In this document: in pieces, positions 62,342 to 64,000 of the stretch
How positions within the stretch are numbered: the stretch's first letter is position 1
How the letters are laid out: the number at the start of each line of letters is the position of its first letter
Assembly: GCA_038087875.1 (NCBI GenBank)
Contig: CM075994.1
Coordinates: forward strand, 1,986,001 to 2,050,000
DNA from: Malacoraja senta
Taxonomy: Eukaryota
Direction: 5' to 3'
DNA length: 64,000 nucleotides
Made by a program: the position numbers and the translations under genes
Notes under the pieces: generated by a model
Databases searched by the model: none
Told to the model about the DNA's origin: nothing
What the model saw: the letters and a program-made list of their open reading frames with translations, nothing else

Positions 62342-62656
62342 GTTGGTGAGCCTCCCTCCGGGGTCAATTGCGCGGAAACAGGCCATTCGGCCCTACTCGT
62401 CCCTGTCGTCCAAGTTGCCCCATCTGCGCTGGTCCCATTTCCCCAACTTGCGCACTAGAAACGTAATAACAAGGAACTGCCGATGCTGGTTTATACCAAA
62501 GAAACACAAAGTGCTGGAGTAACTCAGCATCAGGCAGCATCTGCGGAGAACATCCCCGGAGAACACTTATCTGAATTAAACTCCATTTGCCATTCCTCAG
62601 CCAACTAAAGGGCCTGTCCCACCAGCATGCGACTGCATGCGGCGAGCGCGACCAAA

Positions 62657-64000
62657 TATAGAAACATAGAAAATAGGTGCAGGAGTAGGCCATTCGGACC
62701 TTCGAGCCTGCACCGCCATTCAATATGATCATGGCCGATCATCCAACTCAGTATCCTGTACCTGCCTTCTCTCCATACCCCCTGATCCCTTTAGCCACAA
62801 GGGCCACATCTAACTCCCTCTTAAATATAGCCAATGAACTGGCCTCAACTACCTTCTGTGGCAGAGAATTCCACAGATACACCACTCTCTGTATAAAAAA
62901 TGATTTTCTCATCTCGGTCCTAAAAGACTTCCCCCTTATCCTTAAACTGTGACCCCTTGTTCTGGACTTCCCCAACATCGGAAACAATCTTCCTGTATCT
63001 AGCCTGTCCAACCCCTTAAGAATCTTGTAAGTTTCAATAAGATCCCCCCTCGATCTTCTAAATACAAGCCGAGTCTATCCAGTCTTTCTTCATATGAAAG
63101 TCCTGCCATCCCAGGAATCAGTCTGGTGAACCTTCTCTGTACTCCCTCTATGGCAAGAATGTCTTTCCTCAGATTTGGTGACCAAAACTGTACGCAATAC
63201 TCCAGGTGTGGTCTCACCAAGACCCTGTACAACTGCAGTAGAACCTCCCTGCTCTTATACTCAAATCCTTTTGCTATGAATGCTAACATACCATTCGCTT
63301 TCTTCACTGCCTGCTGCACCTGCATGCCTACTTTCAATGACTGGTGTACCATGACACCCAGATCTCGTTGCATCTCCCCTTTTCCTAATCGGCCACCATT
63401 CAGATAATAGTCTACTTTCCTGTTTTTGCCACCAAAGTGGATAACCTCACATTTATCCACATTATACTGCATCTGCCATGCATTTGCCCACTCACCCAGC
63501 CTATCCAAGTCACCTTGCAGCCTCCTAGCATCCTCCTCACAGCTAACACTGCCCCCCAGCTTCGTGTCATCCGCAAACTTGGAGATGTTGCATTCAATTC
63601 CCTCATCCAGATCATTAATATATATTGTAAATAGCTGGGGTCCCAGCATTGAGTCTTGCGATACCCCACTAGTCACTGCCTGCCATTCTGAAAAGGACCC
63701 GTTTACTCCTACTCTTTGCTTTCTGTCTGCCAGCCAGTTCTCTATCCACATCAATACTGAACCCCCAATACCGTGTGCTTTAGTTTGCATACTAATCTCT
63801 TATGTGGGACCTTGTCGAAAGCCTTCTGAAAGTCAAGATATAACACATCCACTGGTTCTCCCTTATGCACTCTACTAGTTACATCCTCGAAAAATTCTAT
63901 AAGATTCGTCAGACATGATTTACCTTTCATAAATCCATGCTGACTTTGTCCAATGATTTCACCACTTTCCAAATGTGCTGCTATCCCATCTTTAATAACT
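62657..64000 (-). mobile_element. CR1-clade LINE (third copy; runs off the window)
   Basis: ORFs 62748..63011, 62999..63790 and 63751..63972 with the same RT motifs; frameshifted. Confidence 0.92.

Overview
Eukaryotic (vertebrate) genomic DNA. The repeat content (HE1/V-SINEs, CR1, Rex1/Babar, Penelope-like elements) suggests a cartilaginous fish, most likely a skate or ray; this is an inference. The whole window lies inside one + strand gene, DOP1A (DOPEY1). I traced 22 internal coding exons with GT-AG sites from 2218 to 62341; the start and stop codons lie outside the window. One exon is a 30-nt microexon (PTRSMRVLCQ) with neural-type splicing motifs. About 700 aa of the expected protein is missing across a 200-N assembly gap (37174-37373), and one exon carries a +1 G frameshift. 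The introns are almost entirely mobile DNA: a young 5'-truncated L1 with TSD, three young CR1 LINEs, Rex1/Babar remnants, many V-SINEs, a dead Tc1, hAT/Harbinger/Tigger-like ends and Helitron-like elements. They also hold about 20 Penelope-derived termini carrying minimal hammerhead-ribozyme cores, often in fold-back arrangements. Homology calls come from recalled sequence, not a database search. No prokaryotic-type system is present.
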